Counted from the stretch's first letter, positions 47,083 to 59,567 are shown. The stretch: DNA of 64,000 nt from Thermoplasmatales archaeon (GCA_012515075.1 JAAYZC010000002.1:70048-134047), one strand, 5' to 3'. Program-made: numbers and translations. The notes: generated by a model not told the origin, from the letters alone.

Positions 47083-49290
47083 TCACCCGTAGAGGGGGAC
47101 GCTGTCCCAGCTTCCGCGGCGCTTGTTGATCTCCTTCCCCATCTCCTCATAGGCCCGGAAGGCCTCTGGGTCCACCGAAGGCCTGACCGCGGACAGGGCG
47201 GCCCTGAAGTGTCTATCCTCCACGAATTCCGTGCGGGGGTTCTCCCGGAACGCGATCATCCCCGCCTCTCTGCAGAGGGCGGCCAGGTCCGCTCCGACGT
47301 ATCCGTCGGTAAGCTGGGCGATATCAATCAGGTCTATGTTGATCAGGGGCATCTCCCGGGTCTGCACCTCCAGTATCCTCAGCCGGGATTCAAGGTCGGG
47401 TTTCCCTATCAACACAAGCCTGTCGAACCTACCGGGACGAAGAAGGGCGGGATCCACCATGTCCGGCCGGTTGGTGGCGGCCATGACCATGACGTTCTTC
47501 AGGCTCTCGACACCGTCCATCGACGTCAGGAGCTGGTTAACCACCCTTTCCCACGATGAGGAATCCCCGCGACCCCTGACGGGGGCCACCGCGTCGAGCT
47601 CGTCGAAGAAGATTATGCAAGGAGCCATCTGCTTTGCCCTCTTGAATATCTGCCTGACGGCCTTCTCGGTCTCCCCCAGCCATTTGCTGGCTATCTCCGG
47701 TCCGCTCACAGATATGAAATTGGCCCCCGACTCGTTGGCCACGGCCTTGGCGATAAGGGTCTTGCCGGTGCCCGGGGGACCGTAGAGCAGGACCCCCTTC
47801 GCCGGCGTTATACCCAGACGCTCGAACGCCTTCGCGTCCTCGGTGGGTATGAAAACCTCCCTTATCTCGTTCTTCACATCCTCCAGGCCGCCCACGTCGC
47901 TCCAGCTCACCTTGGGTATCTCCACCAGGACCTCCCTCATCCCGCTGGGATCCACTTCGGAAAGCGCATCCGTGAAATCGTCCATGGTAACCCTCATGCT
48001 CTCCAGCGCGGACTGGGGGACGGGCTTGTCCAGATCCATCTCGGGCATCTTCCTGCTCAGGCACTTCATGGCGGCCTCCCTGCAGAGGGCGGCCAGATCG
48101 GCACCCACGAACCCCTGCGTCATGCCCGCCAGGGAATCCGCGTCCACGTCCTCGGAAAGGGGCATCCCTCTCATGTGGACCCCCAGTATCTCCCTCCTGC
48201 CGCGGTTGCCGGGTATGCCTATCTCGATCTCCCTGTCGAACCTGCCGGGCCTCCGGAGGGCGGGGTCCACCGCGTCCTCCCGGTTGGTGGCCCCTATCAC
48301 TATGACGTCCCCCCTGTCGCTGAGGCCGTCCATGAGAGTGAGCAGCTGGGCCACGACCCTCCTCTCCACCTCCCCCGATACGGAATCCCTGCTGGGCGCG
48401 ATAGAGTCGATCTCATCCAGGAATATTATGCTGGGCGCGCTCTCCTCGGCGCCTTTGAATATCTCTCTGAGGCGCTCCTCGCTCTGCCCGTAGTAACGGC
48501 CTATTATCTCGGGCCCCTGCACGGCGTAGAAGGATGCTCCAGATTCGTTGGCCACGGCCTTGGCGATAAGGGTCTTGCCGGTGCCCGGGGGACCGTAGAG
48601 GAGAACGCCCTTCGGGGCGGATATGCCCAGCCGGTCGAAGAGCTCGGGATGCTTGAGCGGCAGCTCTATCATCTCCCTTACCCTCTTGAGCTCATCGTCC
48701 AGGCCGCCGACCTCGTCGTACGTTATCTGGCCGCTGTATTCGCCGGCGGACACCGCAGAGTCCTCCCTGACCACAATCTCGGTGTCCTGCCCGACCGCCA
48801 CGATCTCCTGGGGGACTGTGCTGACCACGCGGAAGGTGGAGCGGTTCCCCATGAGCGCTATGTTGGGCACGATTATGTCGTTCCCCTTGATCAGGGGGCG
48901 TGACATGAGCCCGTTGCGGAAGACCTCCTCCATCCCGTTCTCGAATCTTATCCTCTTGCCCGGCGGTATGTTGGGGGCCAGGACGACCTTCTCGGCGGGG
49001 ACGGGGCTGCACGTCCTGACCCGCACGGTCTCGTCAAGGCCCACGCCGGCGTTGGTGCGGGTGAGGCCGTCTATGCGGATCAGCCCCCTGCCCTCGTCCT
49101 CGGGCACGCTCTTCATGACCTTGGCCACGTCGGCCCTCTTGCCCAGAATCTCTATGGCATCGCCTATTTCGACACCCAGCAGCATTCTGGACGCGGCATC
49201 CATCCTCGCCCTGCCGTATCCCGTCTCGGACTGCTTGCGGGCCATCGCGACCTTCAGTTCGATAAACTCCTCCGTGTCCCGATCCATCAC
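47083..49290 (-). CDS. cdc48: CDC48/VAT AAA+ ATPase
   Basis: N domain, two GPPGTGKT/DE.D/RPGRFD modules, C-terminal HbYX (LYG). Confidence 0.96.
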   Translation of the reverse strand: MMDRDTEEFIELKVAMARKQSETGYGRARMDAASRMLLGVEIGDAIEILGKRADVAKVMKSVPEDEGRGLIRIDGLTRTNAGVGLDETVRVRTCSPVPAEKVVLAPNIPPGKRIRFENGMEEVFRNGLMSRPLIKGNDIIVPNIALMGNRSTFRVVSTVPQEIVAVGQDTEIVVREDSAVSAGEYSGQITYDEVGGLDDELKRVREMIELPLKHPELFDRLGISAPKGVLLYGPPGTGKTLIAKAVANESGASFYAVQGPEIIGRYYGQSEERLREIFKGAEESAPSIIFLDEIDSIAPSRDSVSGEVERRVVAQLLTLMDGLSDRGDVIVIGATNREDAVDPALRRPGRFDREIEIGIPGNRGRREILGVHMRGMPLSEDVDADSLAGMTQGFVGADLAALCREAAMKCLSRKMPEMDLDKPVPQSALESMRVTMDDFTDALSEVDPSGMREVLVEIPKVSWSDVGGLEDVKNEIREVFIPTEDAKAFERLGITPAKGVLLYGPPGTGKTLIAKAVANESGANFISVSGPEIASKWLGETEKAVRQIFKRAKQMAPCIIFFDELDAVAPVRGRGDSSSWERVVNQLLTSMDGVESLKNVMVMAATNRPDMVDPALLRPGRFDRLVLIGKPDLESRLRILEVQTREMPLINIDLIDIAQLTDGYVGADLAALCREAGMIAFRENPRTEFVEDRHFRAALSAVRPSVDPEAFRAYEEMGKEINKRRGSWDSVPLYG
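47732..48600. repeat. 56-nt perfect direct repeat (47732-47787 and 48545-48600) inside cdc48
   Basis: TCGTTGGCCACGGCCTTGGCGATAAGGGTCTTGCCGGTGCCCGGGGGACCGTAGAG occurs at both Walker A regions. Confidence 0.9.
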
Positions 49291-49417
49291 CCGCCCATCG
49301 GCTTACCTTTATATTTACGTTATTTTCCACGCATCGAACCGCGCATATTCAGCACATTGGCGAGATATTATATACGATGAGAGGTTCAGTACTGAGTACA
49401 AGCTTTAAGCTATCCAA

Positions 49418-49491
49418 GGGCCTGTAGCTCAGCTAGGTAGAGCATCTGACTTTTAATCAGGTGGTCAAGGGTTCGAATCCCTTCAGGCCCG
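49418..49491 (+). tRNA. tRNA-Lys(UUU); CCA not encoded
   Basis: GGGCCTG/CAGGCCC acceptor, TCTGA-CTTTTAA-TCAGG anticodon arm, TTCGAAT loop, G discriminator. Confidence 0.96.
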
Positions 49492-49616
49492 CTGATGGTC
49501 TTCATGAGCGATCGACGGCGGATCAAGTATGAGGAAGGACATGAAAACAGCAGGCTCTTTTGGTAAACAGGTTTCCCGCTGATCCGTTAGGCGGGCAGTA
49601 AAGTAGGTGATTCAAC

Positions 49617-49883
49617 TTGGCAGCAGACAATATCTCGTTCAACGTCCTCAAGCACGACCTCGTGCCTGAGCACCACCTTCTGTCGGAGGAGGAGGCATCG
49701 GCAGTGCTCGAAAGACTCGGCATGACTCGTGACCAGCTCCCGAAGATAAGGAAGAGTGATGCGGGCATCAGGGTCCTCGGCAGCATATACGGTCCGATAG
49801 AGGAGGGCCGCATAGTTAAGATTGTGAGGAAGAGTGAGACGGCTCAGGAGTTCGTCGCATACAGACTCGTCACGAGGGGGTAA
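49617..49883 (+). CDS. rpoH: RNA polymerase subunit Rpo5 (H)
   Basis: [22 protein letters not shown]...YRLV. GGTGA RBS and TTG start. Confidence 0.96.
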   Translation: MAADNISFNVLKHDLVPEHHLLSEEEASAVLERLGMTRDQLPKIRKSDAGIRVLGSIYGPIEEGRIVKIVRKSETAQEFVAYRLVTRG

Positions 49884-49887
49884 GAAA

Positions 49888-52800
49888 TTGAGGGACCTAG
49901 TTAAACTGTATTTCGATGAGCGCAACATCGTCAACCATCACATCTCATCATTCAACGATTTCCTGTCGACACCCGACAATCCCAACAGCAGGATGCAGAG
50001 GATCGTCGACGACATAAGGGTGCCCACGGACGACGCCGACCGCGGGGTCATAAGACTGGACCCCGAACGCACGGGCGGAAGGAGCATCGAGATACGCATA
50101 GGGAGGAAGAGGGACGAGGACGGGTCCGTCGACCCCCTGGCCAAGCCCACCATACGCATCGACGAGCCCAAGGTCATGGAGGCCAACGGATACAGCCACG
50201 ATCTGTCCCCGATGGAGGCCAGGCTCAGGAACCTGAACTACATGTCTCCGGTTTTCGTTCATTTCGACATAATCGAGGACGGTGTCGAGAAGGAGATCCC
50301 GGAGAGCGAGAGATGGATACACGTCGGCGACCTGCCGATGATGGTCAAATCGAAAGGATGCAACCTCAACAGGAAGGTAGTGGAGCTGCACAGGGAGAGG
50401 GAGATATCCGACGAGGAGTACCAGGAGGAGCTCGTAAGCCAGAAGGAGGACCCCCGCGAGCCGGGAGGATACTTCATCATAGGCGGGACGGAGAGGGTCC
50501 TGATAACGCTCGAGGACCTTGCGCCGAACAGGGTCATGGTCGAGTACAACGAGAAGTACGGCTCCAAGGTGGAGGTGGCCAAGGTCTTCTCCCAGAAGGA
50601 CGGCTACCGCGCCCTCACACTGGTGGAGAAGAAGAAGGACGGGATGGTCATGGTCTCTGTGCCGGTCGCCTCCGGGTCCATACCCCTGGTGGCGCTGATG
50701 AAGGCCTTGGGCATGGAATCGGACGAGGAGATCTACGAGACAATAGTCTCCCGCGAGGAGATGGCGAACATAGTTTACGCCAACATCGAGAGCTCCTTCG
50801 ACAAGAAGACCTACGCCCCCAACGGATACCACACGCAGGAGGACGCGATACTGTTCCTGGAGAGGAACTTCGCAGCCGGCCAGGCGAAGGAGTACAGGAC
50901 GAAGAAGGTCGAGAGCATACTGGACCGTTCCCTGCTCCCGCATCTAGGGGACACCGAGGCGGACCGCATGAAGAAGGCAATCTTCCTAGGGCGCATAGCG
51001 CGCTCGGTGCTCGAGCTCTCCCTCGGAGAGAGGAAGGAGGACGATAAGGACCACTACGCCAACAAGAGGCTAAAGCTGTCCGGCGACCTCATGGAGGACC
51101 TCTTCAGGACCAGCTTCAGCAGCCTCATGAAGGACCTCAAGTACCAGCTCGAGAGGAACTGGGGACGTAAGAAGAGTGACCTCAACATATCGTCCTCCAT
51201 ACGCCCCGACCTGCTGACGCACAAGCTCCTGCATGCCCTTGCAACCGGGAACTGGGTCGGAGGGCGTGCCGGGGTATCGCAGCTTCTAGACAGGACATCC
51301 AACATGTCCGCGATGTCCCACCTCAGGAGGATAACCTCCTCCCTCACCAGGAGCCAGCCCCATTTCGAGGCCCGTGACCTGCACCCCACGCAGTGGGGCA
51401 GGCTGTGCCCCTCGGAGACCCCCGAAGGACAGAACTGCGGTCTCGTAAAGAACGCGGCCCTCATAATCGATGTCTCCGAGGGTTTCCCGGAGTCCGACGT
51501 CAAATGGATGCTCAAGGAGTTCAGCGTGGGGCCGGTCAAACAGCAGTGCACCCGCGTCTACGTGAACGGGGACCTTGTGGGATCGCACACCGACGCCGGG
51601 AAGCTGGTCGGCGAGGTCCGCGAACGGAGAAGGTGCGGGCTGCTCTCCAACGAGATCAACATACGCTACGACGAGGAGATGGACGAGGTCATAATAAACT
51701 GTGACGAGGGCCGCCTCAGGCGCCCCCTCCTGATCCTGAAGGACGGCAGGACCATGTTCACCAGGAAGCACATCGAGGGCATCCGGGACAGGAAGGTCAA
51801 ATGGAACGACCTCTTCCGTGAAGGCATACTCGAATGGCTGGATGCGGAGGAGGAAGAGGACGCCCTCGTGGCCGTGGAAGCATTCGACGTCCCTGACAGA
51901 TGCGAGCACTGCGGTCGCGCCCTGTCTCCCACCGACGTTGACTGGATGAATCCCGGAAAGGAAGGGGACGCTGTCCTCAAGTGCAGGTACTGCGAAGACG
52001 ATTTCACCGTCCCCTGCAAGATCACAGCCGAGCACACACATATGGAGGTCGATCCCATGGTGATCCTCGGCGTGGCTTCAGGCATAGTCCCCTATCCCGA
52101 GCACAATTCCGCCCCCCGTGTGACGATGGGCGCGGGGATGGCCAAACAGGCCCTGGGGATACCCGCCTCGAACTACCGCATAAGACCGGACACCCGTGGA
52201 CACCTGCTGCACTACCCCCAGGTCCCCATGGTGCAGACCCAGACCATGGAGTTCATGGGATACAAGCACCGCCCCGCGGGACAGAACTTCTGCATAGCGG
52301 TCCTCTCCTACCACGGATACAACATAGAGGATGCCCTGGTCATGAACAAGAGCTCCGTCCAGAGAGGGCTGGGCAGATCCTCGTTCCTCAGATCCTACAG
52401 GTCGGAGGAGCGCCGCTATCCCGGCGGTCAGGAGGACCACTTCGAGATACCCTCGCCGGACGTAATGGGTGCCCGCGCCGACCTGGCGTACGCATCCCTC
52501 GGCGAGGACGGTCTGATCGCCCCGGAGTCCGAGGTCACGGGAAGCGACGTGCTCATAGGCAAGACCTCGCCGCCCCGTTTCCTGGAGGAGGAGACCGACT
52601 TCCTCACGCCTCAGAAGAGGAGGGAGACCTCCATAACCGTCAGGCCCGGGGAGAGGGGATTCGTGGACTCCGTCATGGTCACGGAGTCCGAGAACGGATC
52701 ACGGCTCGTGAGGGTGAAGATAAGGGACGAGAGGATACCCGAGCTGGGGGACAAGTTCTGCTCCAGATTCGGACAGAAAGGGGTCGTGGGACGTCTCGTG

Positions 52801-53487
52801 GATCAGTGCGACATGCCCTTCACCGAGGACGGAATCACCCCCGACCTGGTCGTCAACCCCCACGGAATACCCTCCCGTATGACCATCGGACACGTCCTGG
52901 AGATGATAGCCGGCAAGGTCGGGTCCATGGAGGGTCGTGTAATAGACGGCACCGCCTTCTCCGGAGAGAGGGAGGAGTCCATACGCGACGGTCTCGTGAG
53001 GAACGGGTTCAAGAACACCGGGAAGGAGGTCATGTACGACGGAAGGACCGGGCGCATGATCCAGACCGATATCTACACAGGGGTCATATTCTACGAGAAG
53101 CTGCACCACATGGTCAGCGGAAAGATGCATGTCCGTTCCCGCGGTCCCGTGCAGATTCTCACCAGGCAGCCCACCGAGGGACGCTCGAGACAGGGAGGTC
53201 TCAGGTTCGGGGAGATGGAGCGCGACTGCCTCATAGGACACGGCGCGGCCATGGTCATCAAGGACCGCCTGCTGGACGAGTCCGACGGCACCCAGCAGTA
53301 CATCTGCGGGAACCCCAAGTGCGGACACATAGCCATAATGGACAGGCACGGCTCCCTTTACTGCCCGGTATGCAAGAACAACACCAGCATCTACCTGGTT
53401 CAGACATCTTACGCCTTCAAGCTCCTCATGGACGAGCTGCTGTCGCTGGGTGTCGCTATGAGGCTTCAGCTGGAGGACTTAAGATGA
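49888..53487 (+). CDS. rpoB: RNA polymerase subunit Rpo2 (B), unsplit
   Basis: [60 protein letters not shown] start at 49888. Confidence 0.97.
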   Translation: MRDLVKLYFDERNIVNHHISSFNDFLSTPDNPNSRMQRIVDDIRVPTDDADRGVIRLDPERTGGRSIEIRIGRKRDEDGSVDPLAKPTIRIDEPKVMEANGYSHDLSPMEARLRNLNYMSPVFVHFDIIEDGVEKEIPESERWIHVGDLPMMVKSKGCNLNRKVVELHREREISDEEYQEELVSQKEDPREPGGYFIIGGTERVLITLEDLAPNRVMVEYNEKYGSKVEVAKVFSQKDGYRALTLVEKKKDGMVMVSVPVASGSIPLVALMKALGMESDEEIYETIVSREEMANIVYANIESSFDKKTYAPNGYHTQEDAILFLERNFAAGQAKEYRTKKVESILDRSLLPHLGDTEADRMKKAIFLGRIARSVLELSLGERKEDDKDHYANKRLKLSGDLMEDLFRTSFSSLMKDLKYQLERNWGRKKSDLNISSSIRPDLLTHKLLHALATGNWVGGRAGVSQLLDRTSNMSAMSHLRRITSSLTRSQPHFEARDLHPTQWGRLCPSETPEGQNCGLVKNAALIIDVSEGFPESDVKWMLKEFSVGPVKQQCTRVYVNGDLVGSHTDAGKLVGEVRERRRCGLLSNEINIRYDEEMDEVIINCDEGRLRRPLLILKDGRTMFTRKHIEGIRDRKVKWNDLFREGILEWLDAEEEEDALVAVEAFDVPDRCEHCGRALSPTDVDWMNPGKEGDAVLKCRYCEDDFTVPCKITAEHTHMEVDPMVILGVASGIVPYPEHNSAPRVTMGAGMAKQALGIPASNYRIRPDTRGHLLHYPQVPMVQTQTMEFMGYKHRPAGQNFCIAVLSYHGYNIEDALVMNKSSVQRGLGRSSFLRSYRSEERRYPGGQEDHFEIPSPDVMGARADLAYASLGEDGLIAPESEVTGSDVLIGKTSPPRFLEEETDFLTPQKRRETSITVRPGERGFVDSVMVTESENGSRLVRVKIRDERIPELGDKFCSRFGQKGVVGRLVDQCDMPFTEDGITPDLVVNPHGIPSRMTIGHVLEMIAGKVGSMEGRVIDGTAFSGEREESIRDGLVRNGFKNTGKEVMYDGRTGRMIQTDIYTGVIFYEKLHHMVSGKMHVRSRGPVQILTRQPTEGRSRQGGLRFGEMERDCLIGHGAAMVIKDRLLDESDGTQQYICGNPKCGHIAIMDRHGSLYCPVCKNNTSIYLVQTSYAFKLLMDELLSLGVAMRLQLEDLR

Positions 53488-56282
53488 TGCGCGGAATTAC
53501 CAAGAGGATCGGATCGATAAAGTTCTCCTGTGTCTCCCCGGAGGAGATCAGGAAGATGTCGGCCACGAAGGTCATAACGGCCGACACCTACGACGACGAG
53601 GGCTACCCCATAGAGATGGGTCTCATGGATCTGCACATGGGTGTCATAGAGCCCGGACTCCGCTGCAAGACCTGCGGATGCAAGGTGGACGAGTGTCCCG
53701 GGCACTTCGGGCACATAGACCTGGCGTTGCCCGTCATACACGTGGGTTTCATAAAGGACATAAAGCTGATGCTGGAGAGCACCTGCCGCCAGTGCGGCAG
53801 GCTTATGCTCTCCCCGGACCAGATACAGGCCCGTCTGGATAGCATGGAGCGCATGGAGGAGCTCGGCGGCGACACCATAGATGTCAAGAACTTCTCCAAG
53901 GAGACGGCCAAGGACGCCTCAAACAAGGGCATCTGCCCCTACTGCGGCACCGAGCAGATAAAGATAAAGCTCGACAAGCCCACGACCTTCAGGGAGGTCG
54001 ACGACAACCACAAGCTGACGCCCAAAGAGGTCCGCGAGAGGCTGGAGAGGATACCCGACGAGGACCTGATGGCCCTGGGAATGGACCCCTCCACATGCAG
54101 GCCCGAGTGGATGGTGCTGACGGCGCTGGCGGTACCGCCTGTAACCGTGCGTCCCTCGATCACCCTGGACTCCGGAGACAGATCCGAGGACGACCTGACC
54201 CACAAGCTGGTGGACGTGCTCAGGATCAACCAGAGGCTCAGGGAGAACCGCGACGCCGGAGCCCCACAGCTCATAGTGGAGGATCTCTGGGAGCTCCTGC
54301 AGTACCATATAACAACGTATTTCGACAACCAGACGTCCGGCATACCCCCTGCGAGGCACAGGTCCGGACGCCCGCTGAAGACACTGGCCCAGAGGCTGAA
54401 GGGGAAGGAGGGCCGTTTCAGGTCGAACCTTTCCGGAAAGCGCGTGAACTTCTCCGCCCGTACCGTGATATCCCCCGACCCGCTGCTGTCCATCAACGAG
54501 GTGGGCGTGCCGGTCGCCGCCGCCAGGGAGCTCACCGTGCCCGTGCATGTGAACGAGCACAACATCGAGGCCATAAAGGTCATGGTCTCCCGCGGGCCCG
54601 AGCCCCTGGAGGACGGCCCCTACGTGCCCGGTGTCAACTACGTGATACGCTCCGACGGAAGGAGGATAAGGGTTACCGACCGCAACGCCGCGGACGTGGC
54701 GGAGGCCATCGAGGTGGATTACAGCATCGAGAGGCAGCTGGTCGACGGCGACGTCGTCCTCTTCAACAGGCAGCCCTCGCTGCACAGGATGTCCATGATG
54801 GCCCACCGCGTCAGAATAATGGACGGCCGCACCTTCAGGTTCAACCTGTGCGTCTGCCCCCCATACAATGCGGATTTCGACGGCGACGAGATGAACCTTC
54901 ACGTGCTGCAGTCCGACGAGGCTCGCGCCGAGGCGCGCATACTCATGCAGGTCCAAGAGAACATCCTCTCCCCCAGATACGGGGGGCCGATCATCGGAGC
55001 CATACATGACTACATAACCGGAGCCTACTTCCTTACGCACAACAACCCCTCATTCGACCTGGAGCAGACGACGAACATCCTGTCCAAGATACCCGATATC
55101 GAGATACCCGAGCCTCTGAAAGACGGCGACGGCGGCGAGCACTGGTCCGGTAAGCAGCTGTTCTCCATGGTCCTCCCGGATGACTTCCGCACGACCTTCA
55201 AGGCCAACATATGCCAGAACTGCAAGGTGTGCAAGAAGGAGCAGTGCGAGTACGACGCCTACGTCAAGATACGCGGGGGCAGGCTCCTGTGCGGGACCAT
55301 AGACGTCAAGGGCATAGGCAACTCCAAGGGGAAGATACTGGACCGCATTGCCCGCGACTACGGGTCCGACCGGGCCTGCAGGTTCATAAACGAGGTCACC
55401 AGGCTGTCCATCGGCGCTCTCATGAACCACGGGTTCAGCACCGGTATCGACGACGAGGACATACCCCCGGAGGCGGCCCTCCAGATCTCCAACTACAACC
55501 AGGAATGCATATCTAAGGTGTCGCAGCTCGTGGAGTCCTACCAGGACGGCACGCTGGACCAGATGCCCGGACGCTCGCTCAGGGAGACCCTGGAGGTCGA
55601 GATCATGCGCGTCCTGGGTCAGGCCCGTGACGAAGCGGGACGCGTCGCAGGCAAGCACCTCGGCATGGCGAACCCCGCGGTCATAATGGCCAGGGCAGGC
55701 GCGCGCGGCTCCATGCTTAACCTGTCCCAGATGGCAGGATGCGTGGGCCAGCAGGCTGTCCGCGGTGAAAGGCTGGCCAGAGGGTACTGGAACAGGACGC
55801 TTCCCCACTTCCACAAGGGGGACCTGGGTGCATACGCCAGGGGATTCTGCTCCAATTCCTACAAAACCGGGCTGTCGCCCACCGAGTTCTTCTTCCACTC
55901 CATGGGAGGAAGGGAAGGACTCGTCGACACCGCGGTGAGGACGTCCAGATCCGGTTACATGCAGAGGAGGCTGGTGTCCGCACTGGAGGATCTGAAGCTA
56001 ACCTCCGACGGCACTGTAAGGAACACCGTGGGAACCGTCGTACAGTTCAAATACGGCGAGGACGGCGTAGACCCCTCCAGAACCGTGAGGGGCAAGGCGA
56101 TAGACCTGGACGACCTGTTCGCCGAGGTGCTCGGAGACGATGCCGACATGCTCCTACATATAGAGGACAAGGACGAAGGGGAGGACTACGGCGCCCGCGA
56201 GAAGGACGAGATGGAATTCGTCGAGGAGGAAGAGGGCGAATTCGACGACATAGAGACAGATTACGACGCAGGAGGCGAGTGA
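53484..56282 (+). CDS. rpoA1: RNA polymerase subunit Rpo1N (A')
   Basis: [25 protein letters not shown], acidic tail. ATG at 53484 overlaps the rpoB stop. Confidence 0.97.
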   Translation: MMRGITKRIGSIKFSCVSPEEIRKMSATKVITADTYDDEGYPIEMGLMDLHMGVIEPGLRCKTCGCKVDECPGHFGHIDLALPVIHVGFIKDIKLMLESTCRQCGRLMLSPDQIQARLDSMERMEELGGDTIDVKNFSKETAKDASNKGICPYCGTEQIKIKLDKPTTFREVDDNHKLTPKEVRERLERIPDEDLMALGMDPSTCRPEWMVLTALAVPPVTVRPSITLDSGDRSEDDLTHKLVDVLRINQRLRENRDAGAPQLIVEDLWELLQYHITTYFDNQTSGIPPARHRSGRPLKTLAQRLKGKEGRFRSNLSGKRVNFSARTVISPDPLLSINEVGVPVAAARELTVPVHVNEHNIEAIKVMVSRGPEPLEDGPYVPGVNYVIRSDGRRIRVTDRNAADVAEAIEVDYSIERQLVDGDVVLFNRQPSLHRMSMMAHRVRIMDGRTFRFNLCVCPPYNADFDGDEMNLHVLQSDEARAEARILMQVQENILSPRYGGPIIGAIHDYITGAYFLTHNNPSFDLEQTTNILSKIPDIEIPEPLKDGDGGEHWSGKQLFSMVLPDDFRTTFKANICQNCKVCKKEQCEYDAYVKIRGGRLLCGTIDVKGIGNSKGKILDRIARDYGSDRACRFINEVTRLSIGALMNHGFSTGIDDEDIPPEAALQISNYNQECISKVSQLVESYQDGTLDQMPGRSLRETLEVEIMRVLGQARDEAGRVAGKHLGMANPAVIMARAGARGSMLNLSQMAGCVGQQAVRGERLARGYWNRTLPHFHKGDLGAYARGFCSNSYKTGLSPTEFFFHSMGGREGLVDTAVRTSRSGYMQRRLVSALEDLKLTSDGTVRNTVGTVVQFKYGEDGVDPSRTVRGKAIDLDDLFAEVLGDDADMLLHIEDKDEGEDYGAREKDEMEFVEEEEGEFDDIETDYDAGGE

Positions 56283-56283
56283 T

Positions 56284-57726
56284 ATGGCTAAGAAAGACAC
56301 GATGAAGGCGCTCGTCAACAGGGGGATAAGCGAAGAGACCTCCGCCCTCCTTCTGACCCGCTACAACACACTGACCTCGATAGGCCAGGCGCCCGTAGAG
56401 GAGCTCGTGGGAGTGGGCCTGACGGAGGAGGAGGCACAGTCTGTCCTCTCCAAGATCGGCAAGCGCCCTTCCAAATCCTCCCCCGCCAAGGCGAGGAAGG
56501 AGATCGAGGATATGGCCCCCCTGCAACCCATGGAGGAGATATCAAACCCCCATGTCTATTCAGAGGACGAGGTAAGGCTCAGGGAGATAGCAGACTCCGA
56601 GGACGTCGAGCTCCCCATGAAGATCCTGGTAGACATAGCGGCCCGCATAAGCGGGGCGGATCTGGACGACGACACCTGCAGAAGGATCGTCCAGGTCGCC
56701 GCCCGGATGTACACCGGCCACCTGATGGACCGTAACGAGTCTGCGGGGGTCATGGCCGCCCAGTCGATAGGGGAGCCGGGTACGCAGATGAACATGCGTA
56801 CCTTCCACTACGCGGGTGTGGCGAACATAAACGTCACACAGGGTCTGCCCAGGCTGATCGAGATCGTGGATGCCAGGCGCGTGCCGAGCACGCCCTCGAT
56901 GAACATACCGCTGGTCGGAATCGCCGCCGAGGACGAGAGCGTCGCACGCCGTGTTGCCTCCGAGATCGAGATGACGACCCTGCTGGACATAGCGTCCATA
57001 GAGACGGATATAACTAACATGAGGCTCGTCATAACCCCGGACCTCCGCAAGATGGATTCCCGCGGGATAAAGATCGAGGAGATACAGGACAGGCTGAACA
57101 GGATCAAGGCCCTGCGCGGTCTCGTGGAGATATCGGGATTCGACGTGGTCGTCACGTCCGACGAACCTTCGTACAAGAAACTCCAGATACTCTACGACAC
57201 GGCGAAGAACGCCAAGATAAAGGGCCTGGACGGCATCTTCAGGGCGGTCCTCAGCAAGAACGAGGGAGAGTGGAGGATAGTCACCGAAGGGAGCAATCTC
57301 AAAGAGGTCCTGAAGGTCGAGGGCGTGGATTCCAACAGGATAATGACCAACAGCATACTGGAGGTCGCCGACGTCCTGGGGATAGAGGCGGCTAGGAACG
57401 CCATAATACACGAGGCCATGGGAACCCTCGGAGAGGCAGGTCTCGACGTGGACATAAGACACATCATGCTGGTGGCGGACCTCATGACCAACGACGGTTA
57501 TGTGAAGGCCATAGGAAGGCACGGCGTGTCCGGCAAGAAATCGAGCGTGCTCGCAAGGGCGGCGTTCGAGATCACCGCCGCGCACCTGTTGCATGCCGCC
57601 ATGATCGGAGAGGTGGACAGCCTCGAAGGAGTGACGGAAAACATCATAGTCGGACAGCCGGTGACACTGGGAACCGGCGCCGTAAACCTTGTTTACACAC
57701 CCAAGAAGAAGGGGGATGAAGAATGA
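56284..57726 (+). CDS. rpoA2: RNA polymerase subunit Rpo1C (A'') with an N-terminal extension
   Basis: [40 protein letters not shown]. Confidence 0.96.
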   Translation: MAKKDTMKALVNRGISEETSALLLTRYNTLTSIGQAPVEELVGVGLTEEEAQSVLSKIGKRPSKSSPAKARKEIEDMAPLQPMEEISNPHVYSEDEVRLREIADSEDVELPMKILVDIAARISGADLDDDTCRRIVQVAARMYTGHLMDRNESAGVMAAQSIGEPGTQMNMRTFHYAGVANINVTQGLPRLIEIVDARRVPSTPSMNIPLVGIAAEDESVARRVASEIEMTTLLDIASIETDITNMRLVITPDLRKMDSRGIKIEEIQDRLNRIKALRGLVEISGFDVVVTSDEPSYKKLQILYDTAKNAKIKGLDGIFRAVLSKNEGEWRIVTEGSNLKEVLKVEGVDSNRIMTNSILEVADVLGIEAARNAIIHEAMGTLGEAGLDVDIRHIMLVADLMTNDGYVKAIGRHGVSGKKSSVLARAAFEITAAHLLHAAMIGEVDSLEGVTENIIVGQPVTLGTGAVNLVYTPKKKGDEE

Positions 57727-58001
57727 TAGACATAAGCAGAGCATTAAAAGCCGCGATAACCACGGGAAAGGTGGAGTTCGGGGTCGACCAGACAGAGAAA
57801 GCAGTCAAAGCCGGCAAGGCGCAGATGGTCATACTGGCCAGGAACTGCCCCAGCGAACTGCTCAAGAGCATCGATGTCGATGTGAAGGTCCACGTCTACG
57901 AGGGAAACAACATGGAGTTGGGAGCCCTCTGCGGTAAGCCCTTCTCGGTCTCCGCCCTCGCGGTCATCGACAAAGGTACCTCCAACATCTTAACGCTGTG
58001 A
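57723..58001 (+). CDS. rpl30e: 50S ribosomal protein L30e
   Basis: [21 protein letters not shown]. Confidence 0.96.
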   Translation: MIDISRALKAAITTGKVEFGVDQTEKAVKAGKAQMVILARNCPSELLKSIDVDVKVHVYEGNNMELGALCGKPFSVSALAVIDKGTSNILTL

Positions 58002-58006
58002 GGAAC

Positions 58007-58435
58007 ATGTCCGCCGATATCGTACTTACCGAGGATACCCTTAGGTACATCTCGCTGTTCGAGGCCGTGACCAAGGCCAACGTGATCGACTGCATGGACA
58101 CCGAGGAGAAACTCGTGTTCGTGGTCGAGAAGGGACAGGGGAACATAGCCGTGGGTAAAAAAGGCGAGCATGTGATAAAGCTCAAGGATAAGACAGGGAA
58201 GAACATCCAGGTTGTGGAGTACTCCGAAGATCCGGAGCAGTTCGTGAAGAACGTTTTCCACATCTACAGTCCTCAGAAGGTCGAGATCGAGCAGCGCGGG
58301 AACATAACCCACGCCACGGTCACGGTGGATCCCAAACTAAAAGGGCGGGCCATCGGCAAGGCGGGAAAGAATCTGCGCATAGCCAGGGACATCGTTAACA
58401 GGCACCATGAGATACAGAGCATAAGCGTGGACTGA
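58007..58435 (+). CDS. nusA: Archaeal NusA-like KH protein
   Basis: Two KH GxxG motifs (VGKKG, IGKAG); operon position. Confidence 0.95.
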   Translation: MSADIVLTEDTLRYISLFEAVTKANVIDCMDTEEKLVFVVEKGQGNIAVGKKGEHVIKLKDKTGKNIQVVEYSEDPEQFVKNVFHIYSPQKVEIEQRGNITHATVTVDPKLKGRAIGKAGKNLRIARDIVNRHHEIQSISVD

Positions 58436-58481
58436 TCGTGAGACCCCCGACGATCGTCGCGTCAGCGAGATCCCAAACCCC

Positions 58482-59567
58482 TTAACCCGTTTTTAACACA
58501 TCTCTTCGGCGGAGGGGCATGCGTTCCACTTCTAGCCTGTCAGCGGTGGGGTATTCCTCGACTATGAAGCACTCGTAGGGGAGTTCGGCGGCCAGCCTCT
58601 CCAGCACCCAGGAGGCAACCTCCAGGCGTTTCCTGTCGGGGTCCGCGTGCATGAGTCCGGCGGGCACATCGTACGACACCGAGAGCAGGGCCTCGGCGGC
58701 GGCGAGGTCTTCCGCGTAGAGCACGCCTTTGAGCAGCGTTCCGTCCTCGGTCACGATGTCGTAGTCCCTGGCGATGTGATTGGCCCGGCGTATGAGCCTC
58801 CTCCTCAGCTGCACCCCGTCCTTGAAGGAGGACGAGCAGAAATGGACCGGGAGCCGCCTGTGCCTCTTGATGAGCCTCAGCGCCAAGCCCTCCGATCCCT
58901 CGACGGCCGAAGACAACTCGTCCTTCAGACCGTATCCCATGTCACCCATCATGTCCCAGTTGCTCTCGGAGAATTCCAGTTCGTTAAGGTTCACGAAGCG
59001 CACCCCGACGGATTCCGCGTATACGAGGAGAGCGTCCAGCTCCCGCTCGCGGTCGGGCAGGGCCGGGACCTCAAGACCAACATCGAGCCCCGGGATGCCC
59101 ACGATATCCTTCAGCGCGGTCTCCTCCATGCGGGTCCACATGCGCACGGGAGGGTGGAAGCGTATCTCGTCCAGCCCGGCCTCGGCCAGGGTCCGGACCT
59201 TGACCGGATCCATGGTGGAGGTGTAGAGATGTATGTGGTGCCCCTTGCCGAATCTTCCCTTGAGCCCCTCTATGGCCCGGGCCGTCCTTTCGCATTCCTC
59301 GAGGGGGTCCCCTCCCGTGATGCCGGTCCCAGTTGCATCCATGGACACGGCCTCCCCGAAGATTCCCTCCATGTCGAAAACCCGCTTTTCGTTGGCGTAA
59401 ATGACGTCCAGGCCCTTCTTCTCGAAGGACACCGGGCAGTAGAAGCAGCCCGTATCGCACTTGCCAGTGATCAGGAGGACCATCTTGGCTCCCTCCATGC
59501 AATGTTCACATCCTTCGGCCAGAGGTCCGTTGGCCGCGGAGCCGCACTCCAATCTCTTCAGGGACAT
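58482..59567 (-). CDS. Radical SAM protein (COG2108-like)
   Basis: GCEHC..GAK, CDTGCFYCP, GITGGDP, HLYT, DEIRFH, NLNELE, HFC...KD. Confidence 0.85.
   Translation of the reverse strand: MSLKRLECGSAANGPLAEGCEHCMEGAKMVLLITGKCDTGCFYCPVSFEKKGLDVIYANEKRVFDMEGIFGEAVSMDATGTGITGGDPLEECERTARAIEGLKGRFGKGHHIHLYTSTMDPVKVRTLAEAGLDEIRFHPPVRMWTRMEETALKDIVGIPGLDVGLEVPALPDRERELDALLVYAESVGVRFVNLNELEFSESNWDMMGDMGYGLKDELSSAVEGSEGLALRLIKRHRRLPVHFCSSSFKDGVQLRRRLIRRANHIARDYDIVTEDGTLLKGVLYAEDLAAAEALLSVSYDVPAGLMHADPDRKRLEVASWVLERLAAELPYECFIVEEYPTADRLEVERMPLRRRDVLKTG

Noticed and set aside
51981..53483. Apparent 500-aa N-terminal extension of rpoA1 (1433-aa ORF)
   Set aside because: Overlaps rpoB in another frame; the real start is ATG at 53484, so this is neither a fusion nor an intein.
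58452..58463. Perfect palindrome CGACGATCGTCG between nusA and the convergent radical SAM gene
   Set aside because: Single short GC-rich copy with no U-tract; could be chance.
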